Assembly (NCBI GenBank): GCA_036340075.1
Contig: JAYYZJ010000005.1
Span: 109,625-173,624, forward strand
DNA: 64,000 bases
Source: Thermodesulfobacteriota bacterium
Lineage (GTDB): Bacteria; Desulfobacterota_D; UBA1144
Direction of reading: 5' to 3'
The position numbers were made by a program, and so were the translations under genes. Shown here one piece after another: positions 13,135-21,624 of this stretch. Numbering within the stretch: the stretch's first letter is position 1; every line of letters starts with the position of its first letter. Below the pieces are notes generated by a model that saw only the letters and a list, made by a program, of their open reading frames with translations, searched no databases and was not told the origin of the DNA.

Positions 13135-14713
13135 TTTTACCACCTGATAAAGATTCTGGATTAATTAGAGACTTAGTTAAGACTCTAGTAAATACTATAT
13201 TAGAGAATATTGTGGAGAAAATTCCTATAGAAAGCGTCACCGCAAATCCTTTAATTGGTCCATCCCCAAGAAGAAACATGCAAATAGATGCAATAAGAGT
13301 TGTAAAATTGGCATCAAGTATCGTTGATAGAGATTTTTCAAAACCAGCTTCTATACTAGCTGCTTTCTCTTTTCCTTTAGAAAGCTCTTCTTTGATTCTC
13401 TCATAAATTATAATATTTCCATCAACAGCCATACCTAAAGTTAAGACAAGTCCAGCTATTCCTGGGAAAGTTAGAGTAACACCAAAGACTGAAAGTAATC
13501 CAAAGATACAAATAAAATTAAAAATTAGAGCTAAGTTACATACCACTCCTAGTCTCCTATAATAAAGAAGTATAAAAATAAATATGAAAAAGGCAGCAAA
13601 AATCATAGATGTTTTACCTTTGCTAATTGAATCTGAACCAAGAGATGGCCCTATTGTCTTTTCTTGCATAATAGATACAGGAATCGGCAGAGAACCTGAT
13701 TTTAATATGATTGCTAAATCATTAGCTTGTTCAAAAGAAAAATTTCCAGTAATACTCCCTCTGCTAAATATTTGATCCTGGACTATCGGTGAAGACTTGA
13801 CCTTATCATCAAGTACAATAGCAATCTTGTTGCCTATATTTTCTTTGGTAAGCTGAGAAAAAATTCTTGTACCTTCTGAATTCAACTTAAAAGCTACATA
13901 AGCCCTATTGAATTCATCGTATGCAACAGAAGCATCAACAATTGTAGAGCCCCGAAGCGGTGAGGAACTCTTAGTTACAATAAATTCTTTTTCTTTAGAT
14001 AAATAATCCTGTATCTCGTATATTTTGAAGCTATCTTTATTGTCTTTTAATTTATATTTTGAAATAAGAAATTCTCTACTAGGGGATTGTTCAATAACGG
14101 GCTTGAACTCAAGCATAGCAGTTTTTGAAATAATTCCTAAAATTCTTTCTCTTTGTTTAGAATCTACACCTGGTATTTGAATTGCAATTCTATCGCTTCC
14201 TGATAGCTGAACTGAGGATTCGACTACCCCAAACTGATCTATACGATTAGACAAAATATCTTTGACTTGCTGCAACAATTTCTTTTTTGTATCAGCAATA
14301 AATTCATCTGATAATTTTATTTTTACTATGTTGTCAGATTGATTAATTAAATAAGAGGACTTCTTTGATAATATATCATAAGCACTTTTTGCACTTTTTT
14401 TATCATAGAAGTTGATTTGTATTTCATTTCTATTAGACATAGTACTTCTAAGTAAGATGTTCTTGTCTAAGATAGAATCTTTGATTCTTTGTTCTTCTTT
14501 TGAGGAAATAATTGATTCTGAACTTCCTTCATCCAAACCCATAACAACAAAAACGCCACCCCTCAAATCCAATCCCAAGTTAATTTTCTTCTCTGGGAAA
14601 ACAAATCTCCACCAATTAGGTAGCTTGTTAAAATTAAAAGTTGGATATATAAAAGCTAAAGATAGCAAAAATACTACTAAAGACAGAATTCTAAAAATCT
14701 TTAATCTACTCAT
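13124..14713 (-). CDS. secD: Protein translocase subunit SecD
   Basis: LGLDLRGG, NRIDQFGV, IGPSLG and GMAVDGNIIIYERIKEE motifs. Confidence 0.96.
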   Translation of the reverse strand: MSRLKIFRILSLVVFLLSLAFIYPTFNFNKLPNWWRFVFPEKKINLGLDLRGGVFVVMGLDEGSSESIISSKEEQRIKDSILDKNILLRSTMSNRNEIQINFYDKKSAKSAYDILSKKSSYLINQSDNIVKIKLSDEFIADTKKKLLQQVKDILSNRIDQFGVVESSVQLSGSDRIAIQIPGVDSKQRERILGIISKTAMLEFKPVIEQSPSREFLISKYKLKDNKDSFKIYEIQDYLSKEKEFIVTKSSSPLRGSTIVDASVAYDEFNRAYVAFKLNSEGTRIFSQLTKENIGNKIAIVLDDKVKSSPIVQDQIFSRGSITGNFSFEQANDLAIILKSGSLPIPVSIMQEKTIGPSLGSDSISKGKTSMIFAAFFIFIFILLYYRRLGVVCNLALIFNFICIFGLLSVFGVTLTFPGIAGLVLTLGMAVDGNIIIYERIKEELSKGKEKAASIEAGFEKSLSTILDANFTTLIASICMFLLGDGPIKGFAVTLSIGIFSTIFSNIVFTRVLTKSLINPESLSGGKNEV

Positions 14714-14718
14714 AAATC

Positions 14719-15093
14719 TTAGCTCTTATTTTTTATTGTTTCATTTATTGAATTAATAAATTCTTTCTTAATTTTAATATTAACTCCCTTTGAAATTTCT
14801 AAAGTAAAAATGTCGCTATCATTAATATCAATTATTTTCCCAATTATACCCCCATTGGTCAGAATCTCGTCTCCCTTCTTTAAAGAATTAAGCATTGTCT
14901 CTCTTTCCTTTTGCTGTTTACCTTGAGGCCGAATAATTAAAAAATAAAAAAGAATAATTATAAATGCAAAAGGTAGGAAGGGTCCTACTATTCCCAGAAC
15001 TCCACCGCCCCCTTCTGATGGTGGGGGTGCACAAGATACTAGAAATATCATGCAACTAAAATATATATATAATAATTTTTTATGTTTCTTCAT
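14719..15093 (-). CDS. yajC: Preprotein translocase subunit YajC
   Basis: FYFLIIRPQ.KQQK...LKKGDEILTNGGIIGKI; tgt-yajC-secDF synteny. Confidence 0.95.
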   Translation of the reverse strand: MKKHKKLLYIYFSCMIFLVSCAPPPSEGGGGVLGIVGPFLPFAFIIILFYFLIIRPQGKQQKERETMLNSLKKGDEILTNGGIIGKIIDINDSDIFTLEISKGVNIKIKKEFINSINETIKNKS

Positions 15094-16189
15094 TGTTATA
15101 CCTCTTAAAAAAGTTTTCTTTGAAATTTAAATAACTTCCATTTTTTATTGACTTTTTAATAGAATTAATCAATTGGCTGTAAAAGTAAAGATTAGATAGT
15201 GACATTAATGATAATGCTGCAATTTCTTTTGATAAATAGAGATGCCTTATGTATCCAATAGAGTAATTTTTACATATATAGCAATCACAATCTGGATCTA
15301 TAGGGTCATCTGACATTGAATAAACTTTATTTTTTATATTTATTTTACCTCTAGATGTGAACAGTGTGCCATTTCTTGCATTTCTAGTTGGTACCACACA
15401 ATCAAACATATCAACACCCATTTCTACACAATTAATTATATCTTCTGGTTTCCCTATTCCCATTGAATATCTAGGTTTATCGTAAGGCAACAAGGAGCAA
15501 GTATAATCTGTAATTTCATATATCAAGTCTTGCTTTTCTCCTAATCCTAGGCCTCCAATTGCATAGCCATCAAAACCTATTTCAGTTATATGCTCTGCGG
15601 ACAACTTCCTCAAATCTTTATAAGTCCCACCTTGAATAATACCAAACAACTGGTTTTCACTTTTTTTGGATTCTTTACATCTCAATGCCCAATTTCTTGT
15701 TCTATTAATTGATTTTGTCATTAAATCATATTCCGAATCTGATTTGGGACAGTCGTCTAATATCATCATAATATCTGATCCCAAAGACTCCTGAATATCA
15801 ATAGAGAGTTCAGGTGTAATCAAATGGTTTGAACCATCAATAAAAGATTTAAAAGTAACCCCTTCATCCTCTATTTTTGCAGATGAAGATAAGCTGAATA
15901 TTTGAAATCCACCACTGTCAGTTACAATATTCCCTTTCCAATTTAGAAATGAATGGAGTCCTCCAAAATCCTTAATGCTTTTATGTCCAGGTCTTAAGAA
16001 TAAATGATAAGCGTTAACGATTATTGAATTAAATTCTAAAGAATCAAGAGAATCAATGCTTAATGCTTTTGGAGCACCTGTAGTACATACCGGTAAGAAA
16101 ACTGGTGTATCTATAAGGCCAGATTTTGTAGTTATTGTTCCGGATCTTGCATTTGAATTTGGATCTTTGTGTTTGATAGAAAAAGACAT
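15080..16189 (-). CDS. tgt: tRNA-guanine transglycosylase
   Basis: TDSGGFQIFSL, GVDMFDCVVPTRNARNG and the CDC..C zinc site. Confidence 0.96.
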   Translation of the reverse strand: MSFSIKHKDPNSNARSGTITTKSGLIDTPVFLPVCTTGAPKALSIDSLDSLEFNSIIVNAYHLFLRPGHKSIKDFGGLHSFLNWKGNIVTDSGGFQIFSLSSSAKIEDEGVTFKSFIDGSNHLITPELSIDIQESLGSDIMMILDDCPKSDSEYDLMTKSINRTRNWALRCKESKKSENQLFGIIQGGTYKDLRKLSAEHITEIGFDGYAIGGLGLGEKQDLIYEITDYTCSLLPYDKPRYSMGIGKPEDIINCVEMGVDMFDCVVPTRNARNGTLFTSRGKINIKNKVYSMSDDPIDPDCDCYICKNYSIGYIRHLYLSKEIAALSLMSLSNLYFYSQLINSIKKSIKNGSYLNFKENFFKRYNNEET

Positions 16190-16197
16190 TTAAAGAA

Positions 16198-16953
16198 TTA
16201 TTCTAGTAGATCCAATATAGTGTAGAATCCATTCCTTTTTCTTGTTATTTTATTTCCCATAACCAAAGCCCCTGTAGCAAAAATACTTCTATCTAAAGCC
16301 TCATGTGTTATATAAATGTTTTCTTGGTCACCAAAAGAAATCAGAGTATGTTCCCCTACAGCAGACCCTTTTCTAATTGAATTGATATTTATATCAGCTT
16401 TCTTTTTTGAGGATTTTCTTATTGTATCCGCCATCAATATAGCTGTGCCACTTGGGCTATCAATCTTTTTTTTATGGTGAGTTTCAGTTATTTCCAAATC
16501 AGTAGATTCAAAATATTCAATATTTTGAATTAAAATTTTAAGAAGCACATTGATACCAACACTCATATTATATGATTGGAGTATTGGGATTTTCTTTGAT
16601 AACATCTTTAAAGTTCTCATCTGGCTTCTAGTGAAACCAGTAGTACCAGTAACAAAAGGAATTTTTAATTTAGAAGCAATTCTAGCAAGATTTATCGCTG
16701 AATCTGGTGTAGAGAAATCAACAATGAAATCAACTTCAAAGTCCTTCTTTTGCTCTTCAATTAAAACTTTTTTCAAAGAAAATTTTTTCTTTTCTTTTTC
16801 AGAATATAGCTCTTTTCCTATTCTAGGATGATTTGGATATTCAAATGCATAACTAATTTGAAAATCTTTTTTAGTTTTGCATAAGTCAGATATTGCTGTT
16901 CCCATTCTTCCTAATGCACCATTAAGAGCAATTGTTTTTTTGTTTTTACTCAT
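16198..16953 (-). CDS. dapB: 4-hydroxy-tetrahydrodipicolinate reductase
   Basis: GALGRMG, VTGTTG and ETHHKKKIDSPSGTA motifs. Confidence 0.95.
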   Translation of the reverse strand: MSKNKKTIALNGALGRMGTAISDLCKTKKDFQISYAFEYPNHPRIGKELYSEKEKKKFSLKKVLIEEQKKDFEVDFIVDFSTPDSAINLARIASKLKIPFVTGTTGFTRSQMRTLKMLSKKIPILQSYNMSVGINVLLKILIQNIEYFESTDLEITETHHKKKIDSPSGTAILMADTIRKSSKKKADININSIRKGSAVGEHTLISFGDQENIYITHEALDRSIFATGALVMGNKITRKRNGFYTILDLLE

Positions 16954-17009
16954 AAATAAAGGATAATACTTGTATTAAATTTTATTGCAAAGTATAAAAA
17001 GAGAATTCT

Positions 17010-17858
17010 ATGACAAGAAGTATGACAGGTTATTCATCTATTTCTGGAACCCATGATTTATTTAATTTCCTAATACAAATCAGATCTGAAAATAGCAAAA
17101 GTTTAGAAATATCAATCATTGATGACTTAAACAATTTCAAATTACAAGAAAAAATAAAAAAAATAATAAGAAAAGATTTCTCAAGAGGTAAAATTAGAAT
17201 TGTCATAAGTTGCAAGCCAGATCAAAAGTTCGTAAAATCTAAAAATATCGAAAAAGTATTATCAGATTTTACTAATTTAACAAAAAAAAGAGGACTCGTA
17301 CCAACCATTTCTCTTCTAGAATTAAGAGAGATTATAAATACAGAATCTACCAAAATGCAATCAAATCTTAAAAATGAACAATATCAGATTTTTTTAACGA
17401 AAAAAGCAATAAATCAATTAATAAAAAATCAAAAAGAAGAAGGTTACAAACTGCTAAAAGAGTTAAATAAAAAGATTAATAATATTTCCAAATTAATTCA
17501 AAAAATAGACTACCAAGTTGGTAAATTTAGTAAAAGAATAACTAGAAGATATGAAAAAGAGTTCTCAAAAATAAAGACTGTTGAAGATTTTGATATAAAA
17601 AGAGAAATTTCAATCTTATTAGAAAAAGTGGATATCGAGGAAGAGATTATAAAACTAGAATCTCATATTTCTAAACTTAAAAGCATTATTAAAACTTCGG
17701 AGCCAAAAGGTTTGATGATAGATTTTTATATGCAAGAAATTAACAGGGAAGCAAATACGCTAGCATCAAAAAGCAAAGACTTTTCAATATCAAAGTATTC
17801 AATTGAAATTAAAAGAGACTTGAACCAAATAAGAGAGATTGCTGCGAATATTATTTAA
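17010..17858 (+). CDS. yicC: YicC/YloC family protein (endoribonuclease)
   Basis: MTRSMTGY N-terminus; DIEEEI..L.SH and DFYMQEINREANTLASKS C-terminal motifs. Confidence 0.88.
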   Translation: MTRSMTGYSSISGTHDLFNFLIQIRSENSKSLEISIIDDLNNFKLQEKIKKIIRKDFSRGKIRIVISCKPDQKFVKSKNIEKVLSDFTNLTKKRGLVPTISLLELREIINTESTKMQSNLKNEQYQIFLTKKAINQLIKNQKEEGYKLLKELNKKINNISKLIQKIDYQVGKFSKRITRRYEKEFSKIKTVEDFDIKREISILLEKVDIEEEIIKLESHISKLKSIIKTSEPKGLMIDFYMQEINREANTLASKSKDFSISKYSIEIKRDLNQIREIAANII

Positions 17859-18625
17859 TCTTTAGATAGTATTATTGGTCTAAAAACGTATAGAACATTC
17901 TTTCTTGCGTAATTCTCTGATGAAAATTTATATTCATAAACTTCTTTGACTTTCCTATGTAAAACATAATTCATTTTTTCTTTAGTGGAAAATACTTTAC
18001 TCTTTTTTTCTCGGAATATTGTAGAATCAGGTCCACCGTAATGCAATAGTTCAACCTCACCTCTTTTAATTACTTTTTTAATATTATTTTTCAAAAAGTT
18101 TTCAAAAAAATTCAGAACATCAGAAATTTTTCCTGTTGCTCTAGATACAAAAATATCTGGAATCTCTTCTTCCAATAGCAAATGTTCGAGTCTGGCATGA
18201 TTAATTTTAATTAAATTTATTGGCAACCTTTTTCTTATCTTTGTGCTAATCAAATTTAGAAAATCACACTTTTTTCTATTGGAATCCAACAAATGTATTT
18301 TTTTAATTAATTTTTTACTTTTACAAATTTGATCATACAGTATTAAAGGTATCCCCGGGAAGCCTGCCCCAGAGCCTATATCAAGCATATGGCAACTTTT
18401 CTTAAATTTATTTTTTTCTAAAAATCGCTCAAAGCCTAATATTGAATCAATAAAATGCTTATCAACTATCTCTTCTTCTTTCACTATTCTAGTTAAATTA
18501 TATTTCTTATTTTCAATAACTAGTAATTCAGCGAATTCATCTAGAGCTTCAATTAAATCTTGATTTAACAAAAGCTTGTTACTTGTAAATTTTTCTTTTA
18601 TTAGATTTTTAATTTCGGAGGACAC
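17855..18625 (-). CDS. rsmG: 16S rRNA m7G527 methyltransferase
   Basis: NKKYNLTRI, KHFIDS, LDIGSGAGFPGIPL, DSNRKK and VSRA motifs; start reassigned to GTG 18625 behind an AAGGAG SD. Confidence 0.9.
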   Translation of the reverse strand: MSSEIKNLIKEKFTSNKLLLNQDLIEALDEFAELLVIENKKYNLTRIVKEEEIVDKHFIDSILGFERFLEKNKFKKSCHMLDIGSGAGFPGIPLILYDQICKSKKLIKKIHLLDSNRKKCDFLNLISTKIRKRLPINLIKINHARLEHLLLEEEIPDIFVSRATGKISDVLNFFENFLKNNIKKVIKRGEVELLHYGGPDSTIFREKKSKVFSTKEKMNYVLHRKVKEVYEYKFSSENYARKNVLYVFRPIILSKD

Positions 18626-19767
18626 TAAATCGTACTCCTTTTTCTCACAATGAGGAAGATGATGCCTAGAAATATTACACATGATGAGAATTGGAACATT
18701 GTATTAAATCCCCAAATCTCAGCTATAAAGCCATAAAAAAGAGTCATAAGATTAACTCCTATACTAAAAGAACAGTTTAAGGCTCCAAACAACCTTCCAC
18801 TCAAAGACTTTGATTTTCCTGATAATGTGATTGAAGACAAGAAGGGGTAAACAAGTGAATATGTTAAAGAAAAAAAGATAGAAAAAATAACGACATCATA
18901 TTTTGTTCCTATATAAGGCAACATAAAAATTGATAATGAAAATAATGAGAGCATAATTAAAATTTTGTTAAATAATTTATCAGAAGAAAATCTTGAGGAA
19001 AGAAATATTCTTGATAATGAAACAACTATGCTATATGCAATAAAAAAGAACCCGACCGATAGACTGTTGTTTTTAAGAAAAAGCGATAAAAAATTCATTA
19101 CAACACCAAAGCCTGATGCTAAGAGAAAATTAGCAAACAAATAATTAAATATTTTATTTTCACTAATTATCTTAAAAAAACTTAAGGTGTCTATAGAAGA
19201 ATCTTTATCATTTGATTCTTCATGAACAAAAATTATTAGGACTAGTGAAACGAAAGAAAATAAGGATGCGTATATAAAGAACTCATCAAAACCGACATTT
19301 ATTATAATTTTCTCTGAAAAAAATGGTCCTAAGAAGTATGATAGTATCGTAAATGAACTAAATAATGATAAGCCAACTTGTTTATCACTATCATCAAGGT
19401 TGTTTGATGCTATCGCTGATGATGAATTAAAAAAAATGGAGAATGCTACTCCTTGTATGATTCTTAAAAGTAGAATTAAGTAAAAATTAGTTATATGAAT
19501 AAATAAAAATGAAGAGGTAAACATAAGGCATAAAGCAAAAATACATAATATTTTCTTACCATATTTATCTATTAATGTTGATGTGTATGGTGTTAAAAGT
19601 ATTGAAGATAAACCAAAAGTTGCCATGATAATTCCAATATCCGATTTGGAATAACCTAAATTATCTAAGAACAACGGTAGCAAAAAGAAGCAAGAAAAGT
19701 TTACAAAGAAAAAACAATTAGAAAAAGTTGCTAGAATGAAATTTTTGTTAAATTTATTAAACAACAT
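18625..19767 (-). CDS. MFS transporter
   Basis: LIDKYGKK motif-A loop, LRIIQG and about 12 TM segments. Confidence 0.85.
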   Translation of the reverse strand: MLFNKFNKNFILATFSNCFFFVNFSCFFLLPLFLDNLGYSKSDIGIIMATFGLSSILLTPYTSTLIDKYGKKILCIFALCLMFTSSFLFIHITNFYLILLLRIIQGVAFSIFFNSSSAIASNNLDDSDKQVGLSLFSSFTILSYFLGPFFSEKIIINVGFDEFFIYASLFSFVSLVLIIFVHEESNDKDSSIDTLSFFKIISENKIFNYLFANFLLASGFGVVMNFLSLFLKNNSLSVGFFFIAYSIVVSLSRIFLSSRFSSDKLFNKILIMLSLFSLSIFMLPYIGTKYDVVIFSIFFSLTYSLVYPFLSSITLSGKSKSLSGRLFGALNCSFSIGVNLMTLFYGFIAEIWGFNTMFQFSSCVIFLGIIFLIVRKRSTI

Positions 19768-19790
19768 ACTTATAGAATATTAAACTAGCT

Positions 19791-19818
19791 TTGACAAAAA
19801 GGGGCAACAATATATACT
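19791..19818 (+). promoter_or_regulatory. sigma70-type promoter for tRNA-Lys/tRNA-Glu/csp
   Basis: TTGACA (19791-96), 16 bp, TATACT (19813-18), 11 nt before tRNA-Lys. Confidence 0.7.
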
Positions 19819-19829
19819 GAATGTCCAAA

Positions 19830-19903
19830 GGGCCGTTAGCTCAGCTTGGTAGAGCAACTCCCTTTTAAGGAGTGGGTCGCAGGTTCGAATCCTGCACGGC
19901 TCA
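19830..19903 (+). tRNA. tRNA-Lys (anticodon TTT), no encoded CCA
   Basis: Cloverleaf: GGGCCGT/ACGGCTC acceptor, ACTCC-CTTTTAA-GGAGT anticodon arm, GGTTCGAATCC T-arm. Confidence 0.96.
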
Positions 19904-19904
19904 T

Positions 19905-19979
19905 GTCCCCATCGTCTAGTTTGGTCTAGGACACCGCCCTTTCACGGCGAAAACAGGGGTTCAAATCCCCTTGGGGACG
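19905..19979 (+). tRNA. tRNA-Glu (anticodon TTC), no encoded CCA
   Basis: GTCCCCA/TGGGGAC acceptor, CCGCC-CTTTCAC-GGCGA anticodon arm (one C-A mismatch), GGTTCAAATCC T-arm. Confidence 0.95.
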
Positions 19980-20000
19980 TAATATAAGGAGGGCAATTTT

Positions 20001-20204
20001 ATGCCTAAAGGTAAAGTTAAATGGTTTAATTCCAAAAAGAGATTTGGATTTATTGAACCAGAAGATGGGGGCAAAGATGTCTTTGTTCACATTTCAGCAC
20101 TCGAAACCGCTGGTATTGAATCACTAAATGAAGGTGATGAGGTAACATTTGAAGTGGTTAGCGAGAATGGCAAAGAAAAAGCTAGTGATCTTAAACTTTC
20201 ATAA
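20001..20204 (+). CDS. cspA: Cold-shock protein (CspA family)
   Basis: GKVKWFN..K.FGFI..EDG..DVFVHIS RNP motifs; AGGAGG SD. Confidence 0.95.
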   Translation: MPKGKVKWFNSKKRFGFIEPEDGGKDVFVHISALETAGIESLNEGDEVTFEVVSENGKEKASDLKLS

Positions 20205-20242
20205 GTAAATAAGTAATCAAGTATTTCATAGTCATTAATAAA

Positions 20243-20275
20243 GGCAAAGGTGTTTATCACCTTTGCCGTATTTTT
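20243..20275 (+). terminator. Intrinsic terminator after csp
   Basis: GGCAAAGGTG-TTTAT-CACCTTTGCC perfect 10-bp stem followed by GTATTTTT. Confidence 0.8.
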
Positions 20276-20287
20276 ATAATTTTTTAA

Positions 20288-20307
20288 AAATCTTAATATT
20301 AAGATTT
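20288..20307. repeat. Perfect 20-bp palindrome AAATCTTAATATTAAGATTT
   Basis: Checked base by base; lies in a gene-free gap downstream of the csp terminator. Confidence 0.85.
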
Positions 20308-20397
20308 AATTGTATTTTTGTAAATTTTCTTCAATCATAAGACAAGACTTTTTAATAAAAACCTTGAATTATTTAAAATCATGATTAGATATAAAAA

Positions 20398-20556
20398 ATG
20401 AAGACATTATTAAAAAAAGTAAATATTCGTTCTAGCAAGTATAAGGTTGTTAATATTTACGAAGATGCTGTTAACCTTATTGATAAATATAATCTAAATA
20501 TCTCTAAAAATAATAAACCATCTGTAAAAAAACATATAAAAGAAAAAAACAATTAA
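20398..20556 (+). CDS. Possible small basic protein (52 aa)
   Basis: Hand-translated MKTLLKKVNIRSSKYKVVNIYEDAVNLIDKYNLNISKNNKPSVKKHIKEKNN*; its stop overlaps the convergent regulator's stop by 4 nt; no SD, no homology recognised. Confidence 0.3.
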   Translation: MKTLLKKVNIRSSKYKVVNIYEDAVNLIDKYNLNISKNNKPSVKKHIKEKNN

Positions 20557-21506
20557 GAATTTTTAAGTAGTTTATTCTTTGAGTCAGATACAACATTAGG
20601 CAAACTAAACAAATCGTTTACAAAAGTAGCTCCGATTTCTTCATAAGTATCCAAATAAAGAGTGGACCGTTTCCCACCAATAATTATTTCATATTCTACG
20701 CCTATACCCTTCCTTATCTGGATTAATTCATAAGGTATCATTTCATCATTTAATGGATAAAGAATGCTTAACAGAATAGCTGATGCTTTAGAATCCTTAA
20801 AAGCTTCTACAATATTGTCTGAATCTAAATCAGTTCCAAGATAAATAGGATTCCAACCTGCCGAGAGTGTAATGCAAGCATTTACTAAACAACCTAATTC
20901 AGCTTTTTGACCTTTTGGTGTTGCAATTAAGATTGATGGCATAGAATTTTGTAAAGTTCTATTCCTATAAGAAGATCTATAATTTTCTAAATAGTTTCTG
21001 ATAACAGCATTAGCAAATCTTTCCTGAGATTTGGTAATCATATTGTTTTTCCACAAACGTCCAATATGTTTTATAAATGGAATCATAAATTTATGAATCA
21101 CATACACATCTCCTAATTCTAATGCAACATCATAGATATTTTTCTCTAATTGAGCAATGTTGTAAGTCTTAGTATTTTCTATACAACTATCAAAATAGTG
21201 CTTAGTTAGACTATTCAATTTCTCTAGCTCAGGATACTCAACATTAGATTCACCGCTTTGTACTTCAGAGACGAGGTTTCTTAGTTCTGATAAGTTTAAT
21301 GTGCCTATTTCTTGCAAAGTAAAACCAATTGCTTTAGCCTCATTCATTAGTTGTAATATCTCTAAATCTTTATCAGTAAATCTTCTACTACCTTTAGAAG
21401 ACCTATTTATTTTAAGTATTGGGTATCTTTCTTCCCATTTCCTGATTTGATCAGCAGAAAGGCCTGTTATCTTACTTACAACCCTCATAGGATAGCTGTG
21501 AGACAT
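20553..21506 (-). CDS. MerR-family CarH/LitR-like regulator with a degenerate cobalamin-binding module
   Basis: N-terminal MerR HTH (IRKWEERY...R...GSRRF), four-helix cap (PFI..IGRLW-x9-ER), Rossmann B12-type domain (ATPKGQKAELG...GW...YLG.DL...ILLS...IIIGG). Confidence 0.88.
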   Translation of the reverse strand: MSHSYPMRVVSKITGLSADQIRKWEERYPILKINRSSKGSRRFTDKDLEILQLMNEAKAIGFTLQEIGTLNLSELRNLVSEVQSGESNVEYPELEKLNSLTKHYFDSCIENTKTYNIAQLEKNIYDVALELGDVYVIHKFMIPFIKHIGRLWKNNMITKSQERFANAVIRNYLENYRSSYRNRTLQNSMPSILIATPKGQKAELGCLVNACITLSAGWNPIYLGTDLDSDNIVEAFKDSKASAILLSILYPLNDEMIPYELIQIRKGIGVEYEIIIGGKRSTLYLDTYEEIGATFVNDLFSLPNVVSDSKNKLLKNS

Positions 21507-21624
21507 ATAATAATAGTATCAAAAAAGATAAGAATGTCAATGTATATTAATATTTTGTCTAATTTTTTCTAAAGTTTATTGATTATATATTGACATATAT
21601 CAGACATTATTTAATATTATAAAT
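21507..21624. promoter_or_regulatory. Divergent promoter/operator region between the CarH-like gene and the sigma factor
   Basis: Minus strand: TTGACA (21540-35), 16 bp, TACTAT (21518-13) with extended TG. Plus strand: TTGACA (21590-95) then TAATAT (21612-17) or TATTAT (21615-20). 11-mers ending in GACA occur on both strands. Confidence 0.7.

Noticed and set aside
20553..21506. Calling the regulator a functional B12 photoreceptor (carH)
   Set aside because: The lower axial His and the EH His are both substituted, so canonical function cannot be assumed; the gene symbol is withheld
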